Shown here: positions 8,423-18,147 of the stretch, piece by piece
How the letters are laid out: each line of letters opens with the position of its first letter
Position numbering within the stretch: position 1 is the stretch's first letter
Virus record (IMG/VR): IMGVR_UViG_3300025711_000006
DNA length: 64,000 bases
Strand: one strand, 5' to 3'
DNA from: a virus
Lineage: Duplodnaviria; Heunggongvirae; Uroviricota; Caudoviricetes
The notes under the pieces: model-generated
Databases searched by the model: none
The model's input: the letters and a program-made list of their open reading frames with translations, nothing else
What the model was told of the DNA's origin: nothing
Translations under genes and position numbers: made by a program

Positions 8423-9394
8423 TCACCCGCGTGGGTGAGACTGACGAACTACTTGTTTTGTGTACTGCAAATCCAAGTGGGTGTAGAGCTGAGTAGTGGC
8501 GATATTCGCGTGACCCAGAATCTCTTGCACTGCCCGGATATCCTGGGAGGATTGTAACAGATGTGTGGCACAAGAGTGGCGCATTGTGTGGGGGTGGAGA
8601 TGCTTACCCAGGGTGCGTTCGCCCATAGCCTTCACACGCTTCTGCACAGCCCGCTGAGTGAGGGCCTTACCGTGGATGCCCAGGAACACATTAGACTCTG
8701 GAGCCTTCAGTGTGCCCCGGTACTCCAGCCAGCGGGCCAGGGCCTCTAGGGCCTTGCTGCCTACCGGCACCTCACGCTCTTTGTTGCCCTTGCCGATCAC
8801 ACGGACATAGCCTTCCTTCATGTTGAGCTTGTCCATGGTCAACTCGACCAGCTCAGTGACACGCAGAGCAGCGGAATAGAAGAGTTCCAAGATAGCCTGG
8901 TCCCGTACACCCAGGAAGCCATCCACCTCGGCATCGAGCATCTGGGAGCACTCTTCAACGGCCAGCACCTGGGGCAGTGTCTTAGCCTGCTTGGGGCCTT
9001 GGAAGCCATCGGCAGGGTTGACCTGTACGAAGCCCTCAGACTTGAGGTGGCGGTAGAGGGTGCGAACAGTCGTGAGCATACGGTTGATCGACTTCGGGTT
9101 GATACCTGCCTTGAGTTCACTTCTCACCAGATCACGCAAGTGAGCAACAGTAAGGTCAGACCAACTATTGACCTTCTTCTTCGAGCAGAGGGCATAGACC
9201 TTCTTCAGGTCTTGCTGTTTAGCCGACACAGTATTGTCGGGGGCATAACGCTGGAAACGGAGATAGTCCAAGTAAGTTTCCACCTGCGCCTTCATCTGTT
9301 CCATTGCAACCCCCTGAAAATTACTTCGAAGCGGAACGCTTCTGTATATGGGAATTATAGCACTACCACCAAAATATCCAACTACTTGTTGCAC
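8423..9394 (-). CDS. int: tyrosine site-specific integrase/recombinase (XerC/XerD-like)
   Basis: Catalytic R...HxxR...Y signature (ALRVTEL; HPHTMRHSCATHLL; LGHANIATTQLYTHL). True start probably the Met at 9304 (MEQMKAQVETYLDYLRF...). Confidence 0.85.
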   Translation of the reverse strand: MQQVVGYFGGSAIIPIYRSVPLRSNFQGVAMEQMKAQVETYLDYLRFQRYAPDNTVSAKQQDLKKVYALCSKKKVNSWSDLTVAHLRDLVRSELKAGINPKSINRMLTTVRTLYRHLKSEGFVQVNPADGFQGPKQAKTLPQVLAVEECSQMLDAEVDGFLGVRDQAILELFYSAALRVTELVELTMDKLNMKEGYVRVIGKGNKEREVPVGSKALEALARWLEYRGTLKAPESNVFLGIHGKALTQRAVQKRVKAMGERTLGKHLHPHTMRHSCATHLLQSSQDIRAVQEILGHANIATTQLYTHLDLQYTKQVVRQSHPRG

Positions 9395-10473
9395 CTGCCT
9401 GGGCTGAAATATGGGGAAGTTTTTCCTTGGGAAATATTACCTGAAATTTCAAATCGGGGAATTACCAATCGGGAAGTTTACCAACTGGGGAATTTGAGAA
9501 ATATGTGGCTCGGTGCTTAACGCCTTTGCTCCTGGCTGTGCCCCCGGCCATGCACAATTCCAAAATATGGTCAAGCGCTTTCTTTGCCTGTAGTGCTACC
9601 GTTCGTCTGATAACAGCCTCTGAGTTCGCATAATGTCGATTATACGAACTGGGCTAGAGCCCCCGTCCTGCCTGGGCTAGGCCCTCATCTATAGCCATAT
9701 GATCTAGATATGGCCATATCTATAACCATGCGCAATCCCTCCCTATCCCTGGCCAGGGCCAGCAATTCACGCATTATCGAATTGAACTAACTCTATTCCC
9801 TTTATTGTTCCACGTGGAACGTGGGATAAATAATTAATTGAGTTCAAAAGAGAATGGCTTAACCCCATCGTCATAAATTACCTACGGTAGAGATTGGCTA
9901 TATGAGAGGGTTAATAGACTGTATGGCCAGCCATACGGGGATTAGGCCCTAGCTACGCTAGGTAGCATGCTAGGCTGATAGTCCTGGCCAGGGCCAGCGC
10001 TGTACACCTGGGGCAGGATAATACGCGGCAGTACACAAGGGGGCTAATAGATAACTCATTGCTACGCAATGCGGCCCTGTAATACGTGGCGTATGACGCC
10101 ACACAATAACGCTCTAAGCCACGTATCACGTGGCATTGCGGGCTTTTGAATTAGGGGGCTTTTTGCCCCTGCCCCCTCCTTATACTGGCAAGGCGTTAGC
10201 CTTGAGCGTAGTTAGCGTGTGTCGTATACGACACTATTATAATAGATATGCATTAGATAAATAACAGGCATATTCCCCAGAAAGGGGCCTAATAGAGGGC
10301 CTAAGCATAGGGCGGCTGTATCCTGGGGGGTTTATCCTGGGCAAGAAAAAAGGCCCTGGAATTGCTTCCTATGGGCCTTGTCGTGGGGTATTGCCTGGGG
10401 GTCGCTACCTGGGCTAATGCGGCCATGATATCCCCTAACTAAATGCCCCAGGCCGTAGCCTGGGGCGTTATAC
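9305..10473. promoter_or_regulatory. ORF-free palindrome-rich region next to int; candidate attP and control region
   Basis: Perfect 20-bp palindrome ATAGATATGGCCATATCTAT (~9704-9723); GTTCCACGTGGAAC; GTGTCGTATACGACAC; two copies of CCTGGCCAGGGCCAGC ~220 bp apart. Confidence 0.4.
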
Positions 10474-11217
10474 CTACTTACCGCCCTTCACTGGGTCAGC
10501 GTGTGCGGCCAGTTGCTGGGCTTGTTTACCCTGGGGCAATGGCTTGCCGGTGGCTGGCTTTGCAGCCTCGGGCTTAGCTGGGGGTTTTTCCTGGGCCTTA
10601 GCTGGGGCCGCTGGCTTGTCTTCAGCCTTTGCCGCTGGGGCAGGATCGACCGTGGCCGTTTTCGCTTCCTGGGCGGTTTCCTGGGGCTTTGCAGGGCTAG
10701 GCACTGGGGTAGCTACAGGCGTAGCCGGTGCCTGGGGAGCATCAAAGCTAAGTTGCCCCTGGGCGTCTGCCTTTTCAGTGGCCAGGGCCTTTACCTGGGA
10801 GGCTAGATATTGCTCGGGAACTGGGATTTGCCCCCGGTCATCGGCCTCTAGGCCGTTCAATACGATAGCCCGCAACAGTGCTACGGCATGGTCTGGGCCA
10901 TGGGCCCCCACTACCTGGGCGACCTTGCTATTAGCCAATACGGCATAATAGGAACGCTGCCCGCCAATGCGGTGAATAGCGAACGATGGCGCATATTCAG
11001 CAAAGAATGCTTTGCATTGGTTCCAATCGTCCTGGGGAGCGAACTCCGTTACATTGGTAATTGTGCCGTCATCGTTAAAAATGTAATGGTCTTCTACCGT
11101 CCCCAATACTTCAGCGACGGCATAGGCCAGGGTATCGGCGGCAAGTTCTGAATAGTGAACTTGAACGAACTTAGGCGATTTAGCCGCCTGGGGTTTGGGG
11201 GTTTGTTGTTTTGCCAT
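10474..11217 (-). CDS. hypothetical protein (247 aa) with basic Ala/Pro/Lys-rich tail
   Basis: C-terminal KPAA/AKPE low-complexity tail resembling histone-H1/AlgP-like DNA-binding tails. Confidence 0.55.
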   Translation of the reverse strand: MAKQQTPKPQAAKSPKFVQVHYSELAADTLAYAVAEVLGTVEDHYIFNDDGTITNVTEFAPQDDWNQCKAFFAEYAPSFAIHRIGGQRSYYAVLANSKVAQVVGAHGPDHAVALLRAIVLNGLEADDRGQIPVPEQYLASQVKALATEKADAQGQLSFDAPQAPATPVATPVPSPAKPQETAQEAKTATVDPAPAAKAEDKPAAPAKAQEKPPAKPEAAKPATGKPLPQGKQAQQLAAHADPVKGGK

Positions 11218-11244
11218 TGCTGCGCTTCCTTTGTGGTGAATTCG

Positions 11245-11841
11245 TTATTTGTTCAAATGGCGGATATTGCTATCAGCATCTATCCAGCCCGCCACCCAGT
11301 CATCACACTGGCTTTCATCCAAAGCCACGCATTCACAGCGGGCGTGATACCCGTGGTCATAGGGTTGGCGGTCTTCTAACTCTACGTCACTCTCACAGCC
11401 GGGCGCGTTATCCAGGCTCATCACTGGGGGCAGAATACCCCAAGCCTTACGGCCTTTGGTGAATTTAGCAAACAAGGTTTCACAGTGCGGGCACTGGGTC
11501 AGACTATCCCACGTTTCGCCCTGGGGCGCCGGTAGCGTCTTGATAATCTTTGTACACTTAGGGCAGCTACAAGCTACCAACTTCACGCCCTTAGCCTTGA
11601 GGCGCTTTACCTGGGCCTGATAGGTGGCCGAACGTGGTAGCCCTGCCGGGGTTGGCTTTGCCTCTACCTGGGCCGGTTCCTGGGCGGCTTCTTTATCCAT
11701 ATCGGCTTTAGTCCAATTATAGCCGTTATCGTAACAGCTACCTTGCCAGGAACCTGGGGCATACTTGCCGCTATGAGGTTTACCGGCCAGGGCGTCGGCT
11801 TTCCCCAAGTCGATATAATAGCTAGTGGTTTTAGCGGTCAT
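11245..11841 (-). CDS. Cys-rich hypothetical protein (198 aa)
   Basis: CSCPKC...CPHC; upstream gene TAG stop embedded in CCTAGTAAGG RBS motif. Confidence 0.55.
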   Translation of the reverse strand: MTAKTTSYYIDLGKADALAGKPHSGKYAPGSWQGSCYDNGYNWTKADMDKEAAQEPAQVEAKPTPAGLPRSATYQAQVKRLKAKGVKLVACSCPKCTKIIKTLPAPQGETWDSLTQCPHCETLFAKFTKGRKAWGILPPVMSLDNAPGCESDVELEDRQPYDHGYHARCECVALDESQCDDWVAGWIDADSNIRHLNK

Positions 11842-11856
11842 AGTCTTTTTACCTTA

Positions 11857-12330
11857 CTAGGCTTCAGTGGTGCCGGAAAGCATTACAGGCCGCTCCCCGC
11901 TTTCGTCTAACAGTTGGAAGTATGCCCCCGATTGGGCATAGTAGAAATCAGATGCCGGACCTTTATCGTCTGACTCGAAAACAATAACCCATTGTTCGCG
12001 GCGATAGTTTCCCACCCATTCCCGCTCAAACTTGCGAACGACGAATTTCTTACTTGCTGGGGGATACTTTTTCCACACGGTCGGATCAACCACTTTATAA
12101 GTGGTGGAGAACATGGACGACGGGTCGCGGATATAGGCAATAGCGCTATTATCTGCAAACTGTACTTTGCAGGTTTCCGCATTCCATACCACATTGGGGT
12201 ATAGTTCCTGGGCCTTGATCCAAAGGGCCCCACCCTCTACGCCAGTGCCTTTAATCTCATTGGCACTAGCTGGGGTAATATCGAAGGCTGCGCAAGTTGC
12301 CGCCATTACTTCCTGGGCATGCGTAGGCAT
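11857..12330 (-). CDS. hypothetical protein (157 aa)
   Basis: ORF. Confidence 0.55.
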   Translation of the reverse strand: MPTHAQEVMAATCAAFDITPASANEIKGTGVEGGALWIKAQELYPNVVWNAETCKVQFADNSAIAYIRDPSSMFSTTYKVVDPTVWKKYPPASKKFVVRKFEREWVGNYRREQWVIVFESDDKGPASDFYYAQSGAYFQLLDESGERPVMLSGTTEA

Positions 12331-12335
12331 GGCCG

Positions 12336-12620
12336 TTACTCCCCTTTCAAGCCGTAGCTTGCCCGCACCTGGGCACGGATTTTAGCGGTTCGCTCTTCAT
12401 AAGCAATGCGGGCAGCTTCACGACGGGCCGGGGCTTCAGCCTCCCATTTTGCCTGCCGTTCGGCAATTTCACCCATTAGGCGGGTATATTCAGGCGTGGG
12501 AGTGGTATCGGCCAGGGCGATGAGTACCATACAGCCGACAAAAACGACCAGGGCGACAACGGCTAGCGGGGCCATTGGGTTAGCGACGAATTCGGCATAA
12601 GTCATTGTCTGTTGCTCCAT
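12336..12620 (-). CDS. small membrane protein (94 aa)
   Basis: One hydrophobic TM helix; first gene after promoter cassette 1. Confidence 0.5.
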   Translation of the reverse strand: MEQQTMTYAEFVANPMAPLAVVALVVFVGCMVLIALADTTPTPEYTRLMGEIAERQAKWEAEAPARREAARIAYEERTAKIRAQVRASYGLKGE

Positions 12621-12668
12621 TGCCTTACTAGGCTTACCGGGGAGGCCCTTTGCCCCGCCAATGGAAGC

Positions 12669-12697
12669 ATTCTAGCGCTATATGGTATCTATAGCAA
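12669..12697 (-). promoter_or_regulatory. repeated promoter cassette copy 1 (TTGCTA-N17-TAGAAT)
   Basis: Minus-strand TTGCTAtagataccatatagcgcTAGAAT, then conserved UTR ...CCTAGTAAGGCA. Confidence 0.55.
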
Positions 12698-12744
12698 CAG
12701 GGGCAGTAAAAATAAATCGCCCAGGCGTACCCTGGGCGCCTGGG

Positions 12745-13440
12745 TCACAACTTCACGCCACGGGCCTGGAACCATTCGCACGCTTCAGCCGTGCCGAACT
12801 CCGTACAGGTCAGTACAAACTCAAGGTTACGCATATAAGCCGCGTAAAACTCGACGGGGGTGGATTCCTGGCCGTTTTCTTGGAAAGTTGCCAGCGTGTT
12901 ATCTGTTGCCTCAAGGTGCGCGGCGTTAACGCACTTTGGAACGCGGCTATAATCCGACCAGTTGCGCAAAATGTAGTCGCTGATTTCCTGGGCCGTCATA
13001 TTTACGGGGCTAACTTCAGCGTCTGCCACGCTATTACTGTAGCCAGCCAGGACACACAACAGACCGCCCAAGGTGAGGCTATTTTCCTGGCAATATTCGA
13101 TTACAGCGTCTGCCGTTTCACGGGTCATAGTGCCAGCGGCTTTAATACGCTCTACCAGACCGCCCAGCGACAAGGTTTTAATACCGCAATAGTTTACAAG
13201 CTGGGCGGCAAGGGTATTAGGGCAGACGCCTTCAGAAACTTGCGGAACCTTGCGAATAACAGTAACGATATGGCTTTTATCATGCGAACGACTGCAATCG
13301 TCGTTAAACAGGACAAGGGTTTTATCCGCTTTGGTGATTACTTTAACGACTTGGCGCGGTTGATCGAACAAACCTACATAGCTATCACCCGGTTTAACGT
13401 CCTGGGCGGTAATCATGATTTTGGTTTCGGTAGTATGCAT
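12745..13440 (-). CDS. hypothetical protein (~232 aa)
   Basis: Listed ORF begins inside the promoter -10; start is more likely MHTTETK with AAGGGGAAT RBS. Confidence 0.55.
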   Translation of the reverse strand: MHTTETKIMITAQDVKPGDSYVGLFDQPRQVVKVITKADKTLVLFNDDCSRSHDKSHIVTVIRKVPQVSEGVCPNTLAAQLVNYCGIKTLSLGGLVERIKAAGTMTRETADAVIEYCQENSLTLGGLLCVLAGYSNSVADAEVSPVNMTAQEISDYILRNWSDYSRVPKCVNAAHLEATDNTLATFQENGQESTPVEFYAAYMRNLEFVLTCTEFGTAEACEWFQARGVKL

Positions 13441-13507
13441 TCTATTCCCCTTTGCCTTACTAGGCGTTTTCAGGGGGCTGGCCCTATTGCCTTGCCCCTT
13501 GCTAAGC

Positions 13508-13536
13508 ATCTTATCGCTATAGGAACGCTATAGCAA
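13508..13536 (-). promoter_or_regulatory. repeated promoter cassette copy 2 (TTGCTA-N17-TAAGAT)
   Basis: TTGCTAtagcgttcctatagcgaTAAGAT, conserved UTR with CCTAGTAAGGCAAAGG. Confidence 0.55.
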
Positions 13537-13770
13537 CAGGCTAGGCAAATTTTTTTTGGGGTAGGCCAGGGCCTGGGCCTGCCGTTCGGCTCCCAGGGAT
13601 GTGAGGTATTCCAGGGCCTTTACCATGCTCCCACCATAGCGGCTTAGCAGGTCGCGCAACTGGCTATCGGTGAAGGGGCCCGCCTGGGCTTCCTGGGCGT
13701 ACTGCCGCATAGCGGCGACCATTGCCAGGGTAACGCCCTGGGTTAGAATTTCCAGCTTACTAGGTGCCAT
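13528..13770 (-). CDS. hypothetical protein (~80 aa)
   Basis: Probable start MAPSKLEIL with AAGGCAAGGA RBS; the longer listed ORF is GC-rich leader. Confidence 0.45.
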   Translation of the reverse strand: MAPSKLEILTQGVTLAMVAAMRQYAQEAQAGPFTDSQLRDLLSRYGGSMVKALEYLTSLGAERQAQALAYPKKNLPSLLL

Positions 13771-13862
13771 TCCTTGCCTTTCGTCCTTACCTGGGCGGGG
13801 GCCGTTCCCCCGCCCTGGGCCGGATTGTAAATCTCGGGCACTAGCTTTGTAAATCTCGCACA

Positions 13863-14075
13863 CTAGGCCCCAGGCCGGGCCCGATTGCCGGGGTAAACCC
13901 GCTTATGATGCACCGTATAAGACGAATAACCGCTATCCCAGGTTACGGCACAATCAAAGATTGAATCCAGGCAAGTTACCGGGGTTCGTTCTTCAATAGC
14001 GGCTAGCATGCTTTGCGTCTGGTCAATTACCAACTTAGCGAACTGGCCTCGGGTTAATTGTTTTGCACGGCGCAT
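13863..14075 (-). CDS. hypothetical protein (70 aa)
   Basis: ORF. Confidence 0.45.
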   Translation of the reverse strand: MRRAKQLTRGQFAKLVIDQTQSMLAAIEERTPVTCLDSIFDCAVTWDSGYSSYTVHHKRVYPGNRARPGA

Positions 14076-14088
14076 AATAGTAATTCCA

Positions 14089-14511
14089 TTACTTAGTTAA
14101 ACGGTAGAGATTGCCGTTAAACTCTAACAGCAAACAAAGTTCTTTGTAGTATTCAGCAAAATGCAACCATTGGCCAAGTTGCTCATTAAGGGAATCCAGA
14201 TAGCTACCGCTGTAGCTTTCAATATTCCACCCGTGGCGGGTTTTAACGTTGCCACGTATGCGCCAGTTTTCTACCCCTACCTTGATAACGTCACGGGATA
14301 CGCTGAAGGGGGCTAAGTCGCGGATATCAACAATTGCCGGACTTCCCGCCACCACAAAGCTAATCAGGTGCTTTGCATCCCGCTTTGCAACTTGCTTTTC
14401 GACCTTATGGGCGTGGGCCAGGAAGTCGCAAAAGGTTTCTTTATAGTTGCGGATAGTGGCGCCCATTGTATGGGCCTGGGTAAACTTATGAGCCAATGAC
14501 ATTGCATTCAT
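14089..14511 (-). CDS. hypothetical protein (140 aa)
   Basis: GTAAGTCAGTAAGGAA RBS element upstream. Confidence 0.55.
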   Translation of the reverse strand: MNAMSLAHKFTQAHTMGATIRNYKETFCDFLAHAHKVEKQVAKRDAKHLISFVVAGSPAIVDIRDLAPFSVSRDVIKVGVENWRIRGNVKTRHGWNIESYSGSYLDSLNEQLGQWLHFAEYYKELCLLLEFNGNLYRLTK

Positions 14512-14579
14512 AGCGGCGATTCCTTACTGACTTACAGCCGACCAGGGAAAGGGCCCAGGGTTTCCCCTGGGCGATTTAC

Positions 14580-15071
14580 TTACAAGCCTAATTCAGCATA
14601 TTTATCGGCACGGCGTTTAGCCGGGGCCAGGATAGTGGCCATTGCTTCACTGTCCGACCAATCCGACATTACTTCACTAGCGCTATTGCCGTATACAAGC
14701 CAGACCTTGCCGACCAGCTCCCCGTCTGCCTTGCGGAAAGCTAAAGTTTCCATATCGGTAGCGTAGATTTCCGCCATAACTTCACGCTCATTAGTAGAGC
14801 GTTTAACCGCCCACTCTTCACCGTCAAAGACGCTAACAGTATGGCCCAGCTTGATAGCGTTGCGGACGGCTGCGCGTACAACTGCCTTTTCCCCAGCGAT
14901 ACGGCGGTCGATTGCCTTATAACTTGCAACTTCAGCGACCAGTTCAACGCCACGTTTAATCAGGCGGTAGGCGTTAGCCAGGGCACGGCCCAGCAACTGG
15001 CGATAGGTGAGGCGGGAACCGGTGGCGCGTTCACGTTTGGCGATGAAGTGAGCGAATTGCATGGTATTCAT
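14580..15071 (-). CDS. hypothetical protein (163 aa)
   Basis: First gene after promoter cassette 3; AAGGAAGCTAAAAAATG. Confidence 0.55.
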   Translation of the reverse strand: MNTMQFAHFIAKRERATGSRLTYRQLLGRALANAYRLIKRGVELVAEVASYKAIDRRIAGEKAVVRAAVRNAIKLGHTVSVFDGEEWAVKRSTNEREVMAEIYATDMETLAFRKADGELVGKVWLVYGNSASEVMSDWSDSEAMATILAPAKRRADKYAELGL

Positions 15072-15134
15072 TTTTTAGCTTCCTTTGCCTTACTAGGCTT
15101 ATCGGGGAGGCCCTTTGCCGTCCCCGTGCTAAGC

Positions 15135-15163
15135 ATTCTATCGCTATAGATCCTCTATAGCAA
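15135..15163 (-). promoter_or_regulatory. repeated promoter cassette copy 3 (TTGCTA-N17-TAGAAT)
   Basis: TTGCTAtagaggatctatagcgaTAGAAT; best match to sigma70 consensus. Confidence 0.6.
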
Positions 15164-15171
15164 CATACTTT

Positions 15172-15381
15172 TTAGAAAATTTGTTTGCAGCCCTTCATAA
15201 AGGGCGACTCCCTACACTGGTAGTCGTTCCCCGTCGTTTGTGCCACCTGGGATAGGTCGGGGTTATCCGGCCTTGCCTGGGCCGCTTGCTGGGCCCTCCC
15301 AGCGGGTTTAAAGCTGGCCAGCCCCTTTGCCCCCAGTAGCACTAAACCCACCGCCAATAGCATTACCTTTAACGCCTTCAA
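15172..15381 (-). CDS. small secreted protein (69 aa)
   Basis: N-terminal signal peptide MKALKVMLLAVGLVLLGAKG. Confidence 0.5.
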   Translation of the reverse strand: MKALKVMLLAVGLVLLGAKGLASFKPAGRAQQAAQARPDNPDLSQVAQTTGNDYQCRESPFMKGCKQIF

Positions 15382-15580
15382 TCGCCCCTCCCCTTACCCT
15401 ACTTACTGCCCTACCTTTGATAGCCTTATGCTACTTAGTGCCACCATATAGCGCAATGCCTTCACCCTCCCCCCAGGCAATGAAAAGCCCCGCCCAGGCA
15501 AGCCCAGGCGGGGCTAATAGTTGTGAAGCAAGCTATCTATTTTTGATCCTGGGGGGCTATGCCCTCTAGCCCCCGAACGG

Positions 15581-15982
15581 TTAGCGGTTGCCGTCACGTG
15601 GCGGCCTTGGGGTTCTAGGGCCCCGCGCTGGGTGCCTGAATTCAGGCTTTCTATTTTCATTGGTGAGGTTGGCGGGTTGGCGTTCGTCGTGGTCATCGTC
15701 CGAACTTGTGCCGTCTTGCTGGTGTTTGATCTCCCTTTCAAGGAAGTCATACAACCCTTCTTCACATTCATCAATGATTTTACGCCACTCGCTAAGCTTG
15801 CCCAACATAGCCATAACGTCGGCCCCGCTGTATTGCACGTTATCGGTATAGATGGGGAGCGGGCAACGTTCCAACTTGACGAAAAAGCCCTTAGCATTCG
15901 GGGCATTCTTGATATGGCGAAACTTAAATTGCCGCTGCAAAATGCTTTGCAGTTGATCCATGGGAATATTACGGGTCGTCAT
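15581..15982 (-). CDS. hypothetical protein (133 aa) with disordered basic C-terminus
   Basis: More protein-like than the overlapping frame 15514-15906. Confidence 0.45.
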   Translation of the reverse strand: MTTRNIPMDQLQSILQRQFKFRHIKNAPNAKGFFVKLERCPLPIYTDNVQYSGADVMAMLGKLSEWRKIIDECEEGLYDFLEREIKHQQDGTSSDDDHDERQPANLTNENRKPEFRHPARGPRTPRPPRDGNR

Positions 15983-15995
15983 ATAGTCACCAATC

Positions 15996-16346
15996 TTAAA
16001 TTTTAATAAGTTCGCCGGTAGTGCTGCGCTTTATTTGTATCGGAACTTTTATTAGGCGCAGTAACCACTCATATTCATAAAGCAACTTTGCTACCACTTC
16101 AGCATGGGGACTAACTAATCCATACTTTGAAAGGTCGCCGGGGGGTATATGTTCGCCCCCGCTTCCCTGGCTTACAACGTGGAATGATGCACTATCCCCA
16201 GCTATACAAAAGCCCTTTAACGTTGCGGGACTTGCCTCTAATGCCTTCCTGGCCTCCTTTTCAATTTCTGATAGCGCAGCTTGTACGGCCTTTAGTAGGG
16301 CTTTATCAACGCGCAGCATGATACGGGTTAGAGCCTTGTTTGTCAT
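15996..16346 (-). CDS. hypothetical protein (116 aa)
   Basis: ORF. Confidence 0.5.
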   Translation of the reverse strand: MTNKALTRIMLRVDKALLKAVQAALSEIEKEARKALEASPATLKGFCIAGDSASFHVVSQGSGGEHIPPGDLSKYGLVSPHAEVVAKLLYEYEWLLRLIKVPIQIKRSTTGELIKI

Positions 16347-16537
16347 GCCTGGGCCCTCCCCTGGCGCCTTTTCAGGGCCTTAATATGGCTTTTCGCCTGC
16401 CAGCGGGAAACGTTCACGGGCAAACGGGTATGAAGCCAGCCCAGGCTAACTACTCTCACAAGCCCATCTAGCAGGCTGGCCACCCCGAAAACAATGTTGC
16501 TAAGGCACCCAGCGGGGTTACGGTTACGCTCTATCAT
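16343..16537 (-). CDS. hypothetical protein (64 aa)
   Basis: 4-nt overlaps on both sides. Confidence 0.35.
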   Translation of the reverse strand: MIERNRNPAGCLSNIVFGVASLLDGLVRVVSLGWLHTRLPVNVSRWQAKSHIKALKRRQGRAQA

Positions 16538-17079
16538 CGCGTGACCTGCCGCACACCTACAACGTCGGCTAGGTGGATGCGGTTAACGAAGTTATTAACG
16601 CAAACAAACCATACCCCCGTAGGCCCTACGCCCTTAGATGCGTTATGGGTCGCAAGCCCTTTAAGGATATAGCCGTGTTTATCCCTATAGCTTACTTCAG
16701 CACGCAAGCCCCGATAGTGGGCGTCGGCAATGAGGCCCCGCCAATAAATATCATCCTTGATAAGTCCCGAGGCGCGGCAAGCCTTTTCCCAATAGCGTAG
16801 GGACCGGGGATCATTACCCGGATGCAAAGAAAGGGTTTTATTCTCCCCGTCTTCAAAGAATGCGCGGTCCTGTATCACTTCAGTGGATAGCCAGCGGGGC
16901 GCACCTGGGAACGTATCACTACGCACGGTAAAGCCTTCAGACTGGATAAGCTCCACCGTTTCACGGAACGTATGGGCGACGTTTTCAAAATCAAAGCCGC
17001 GCTCTTGTACGTCCCCGTTAGCCGCGCTTTCCTCGGTTACAATTTCATACGACTGGGAAAGGATGATAGGCATAATCAC
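16534..17079 (-). CDS. hypothetical protein (181 aa)
   Basis: ORF. Confidence 0.55.
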   Translation of the reverse strand: MIMPIILSQSYEIVTEESAANGDVQERGFDFENVAHTFRETVELIQSEGFTVRSDTFPGAPRWLSTEVIQDRAFFEDGENKTLSLHPGNDPRSLRYWEKACRASGLIKDDIYWRGLIADAHYRGLRAEVSYRDKHGYILKGLATHNASKGVGPTGVWFVCVNNFVNRIHLADVVGVRQVTR

Positions 17080-17738
17080 GCCTCCCCTTTGCGAGCGGCA
17101 CGGGTTTGCAGGTAGTCATAAACTTTATCAAGCCGTTTAATACCTGGGGCCGCTTCATACAGCCAGGACGAAAGCCAGCCCTTGCCGCTGAAGTCTTCAC
17201 ACAAACCGAATTCAGTTTCCTGATTAAAGTCCCCGTGCATTGATTCTTGACTAGCCAGGGCCTCTAACAGCGTGCCCGCCTGATTATGATCCCAATCAGA
17301 GACGGGGCCCCAGTCGGCTAGGTCGTTCGAATAGAACGAATGGAAGCCGCTACAGCTAGTAAACTTTTCCGTTACCAACTGGGCCAGGGATTGGCGGTTT
17401 ACTTTCTGATACAGCCGCTCAAGTTCTGCCCCATCAATGAAGGCAAAAATACGGTCTGTATCAAAGTTGTATTCCCGAGGGCTTACAAGTTTTTCAAACT
17501 TGAGAGTTTCAAGCCCGAAAGCCTGGGCGAATGCTTCAGCGTATGCCTTTGCATAGCTGTCATGCACCTGGGAGAAGTTGCACAAATTGAAAAGGCGTTG
17601 CTCTAGCCCTTCGTTTCGTTGGGTGCCGGTGGCACTGTCCGAAAACATTTGTTCAACGGCATTATCTAGTGCCCCGTCATGCAGGGACTGATAAAAGCCG
17701 GAAAACGGCAGGGTAACGCTATGCGGGCTTAGCTTCAT
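17076..17738 (-). CDS. hypothetical acidic protein (220 aa)
   Basis: ORF; GGAG RBS. Confidence 0.55.
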   Translation of the reverse strand: MKLSPHSVTLPFSGFYQSLHDGALDNAVEQMFSDSATGTQRNEGLEQRLFNLCNFSQVHDSYAKAYAEAFAQAFGLETLKFEKLVSPREYNFDTDRIFAFIDGAELERLYQKVNRQSLAQLVTEKFTSCSGFHSFYSNDLADWGPVSDWDHNQAGTLLEALASQESMHGDFNQETEFGLCEDFSGKGWLSSWLYEAAPGIKRLDKVYDYLQTRAARKGEA

Positions 17739-17818
17739 TGCTCCATACTCCGTAACTTTCGGGACTTACTGACTTACTAAAACATGGTACTTCTACGGGC
17801 TTAGCCCCAATTAAGGGG

Positions 17819-18022
17819 CTAGGCGGCATTCTGTTGCATTCGCAACTTGAGTTCGTAAATTCTTTGCTCAAGGGCTAGGGCTACGCCTTCAGCAACGTCC
17901 GCCCAGGTCTGGCAAATTGTCGCACCCTCCCTTACAAAGCGTTCGTTCTTTGCCTGCCTTTCGCGTGCCGCTTTGGCGCGGGTTTCCAGGCGCTGCAAAT
18001 ACTCTTGATCCGTTAGAGCCAT
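17819..18022 (-). CDS. hypothetical coiled-coil protein (67 aa)
   Basis: ORF preceded by CCTAGTAAGGCA UTR element. Confidence 0.45.
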   Translation of the reverse strand: MALTDQEYLQRLETRAKAARERQAKNERFVREGATICQTWADVAEGVALALEQRIYELKLRMQQNAA

Positions 18023-18147
18023 TCCCTACCCCTTGCCCTACTGGGCGCTTGTGCCTTACTAGGCCGTTTCCGTCTTGCTTGGGCCCAGTCTAGTGGCATT
18101 TTGACTCAAGGTAAAGCCCCTAGACTAGCCTTTTTACGTTTCTTTAC

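Noticed and set aside
10501-10948. Plus-strand ORFs 10501-10806 and 10544-10948 (Ala/Gly/Trp-rich)
   Set aside because: They are antisense to the Ala/Pro/Lys-rich tail of the 10474-11217 gene; the low-complexity region opens both strands.
13441-13509. N-terminal extension MLSKGQGNRASPLKTPSKAKGNR of the 12745 gene
   Set aside because: That ATG lies inside the promoter -10 (TAAGATGCT), so it would not be transcribed from this promoter. The downstream Met with a strong RBS is the likely start.
12682-13533. 283-aa plus-strand ORF opposite the 12745-13440 gene
   Set aside because: The minus-strand gene sits exactly behind a promoter and UTR cassette with a good RBS; the plus ORF has no start context and a junk-like sequence.
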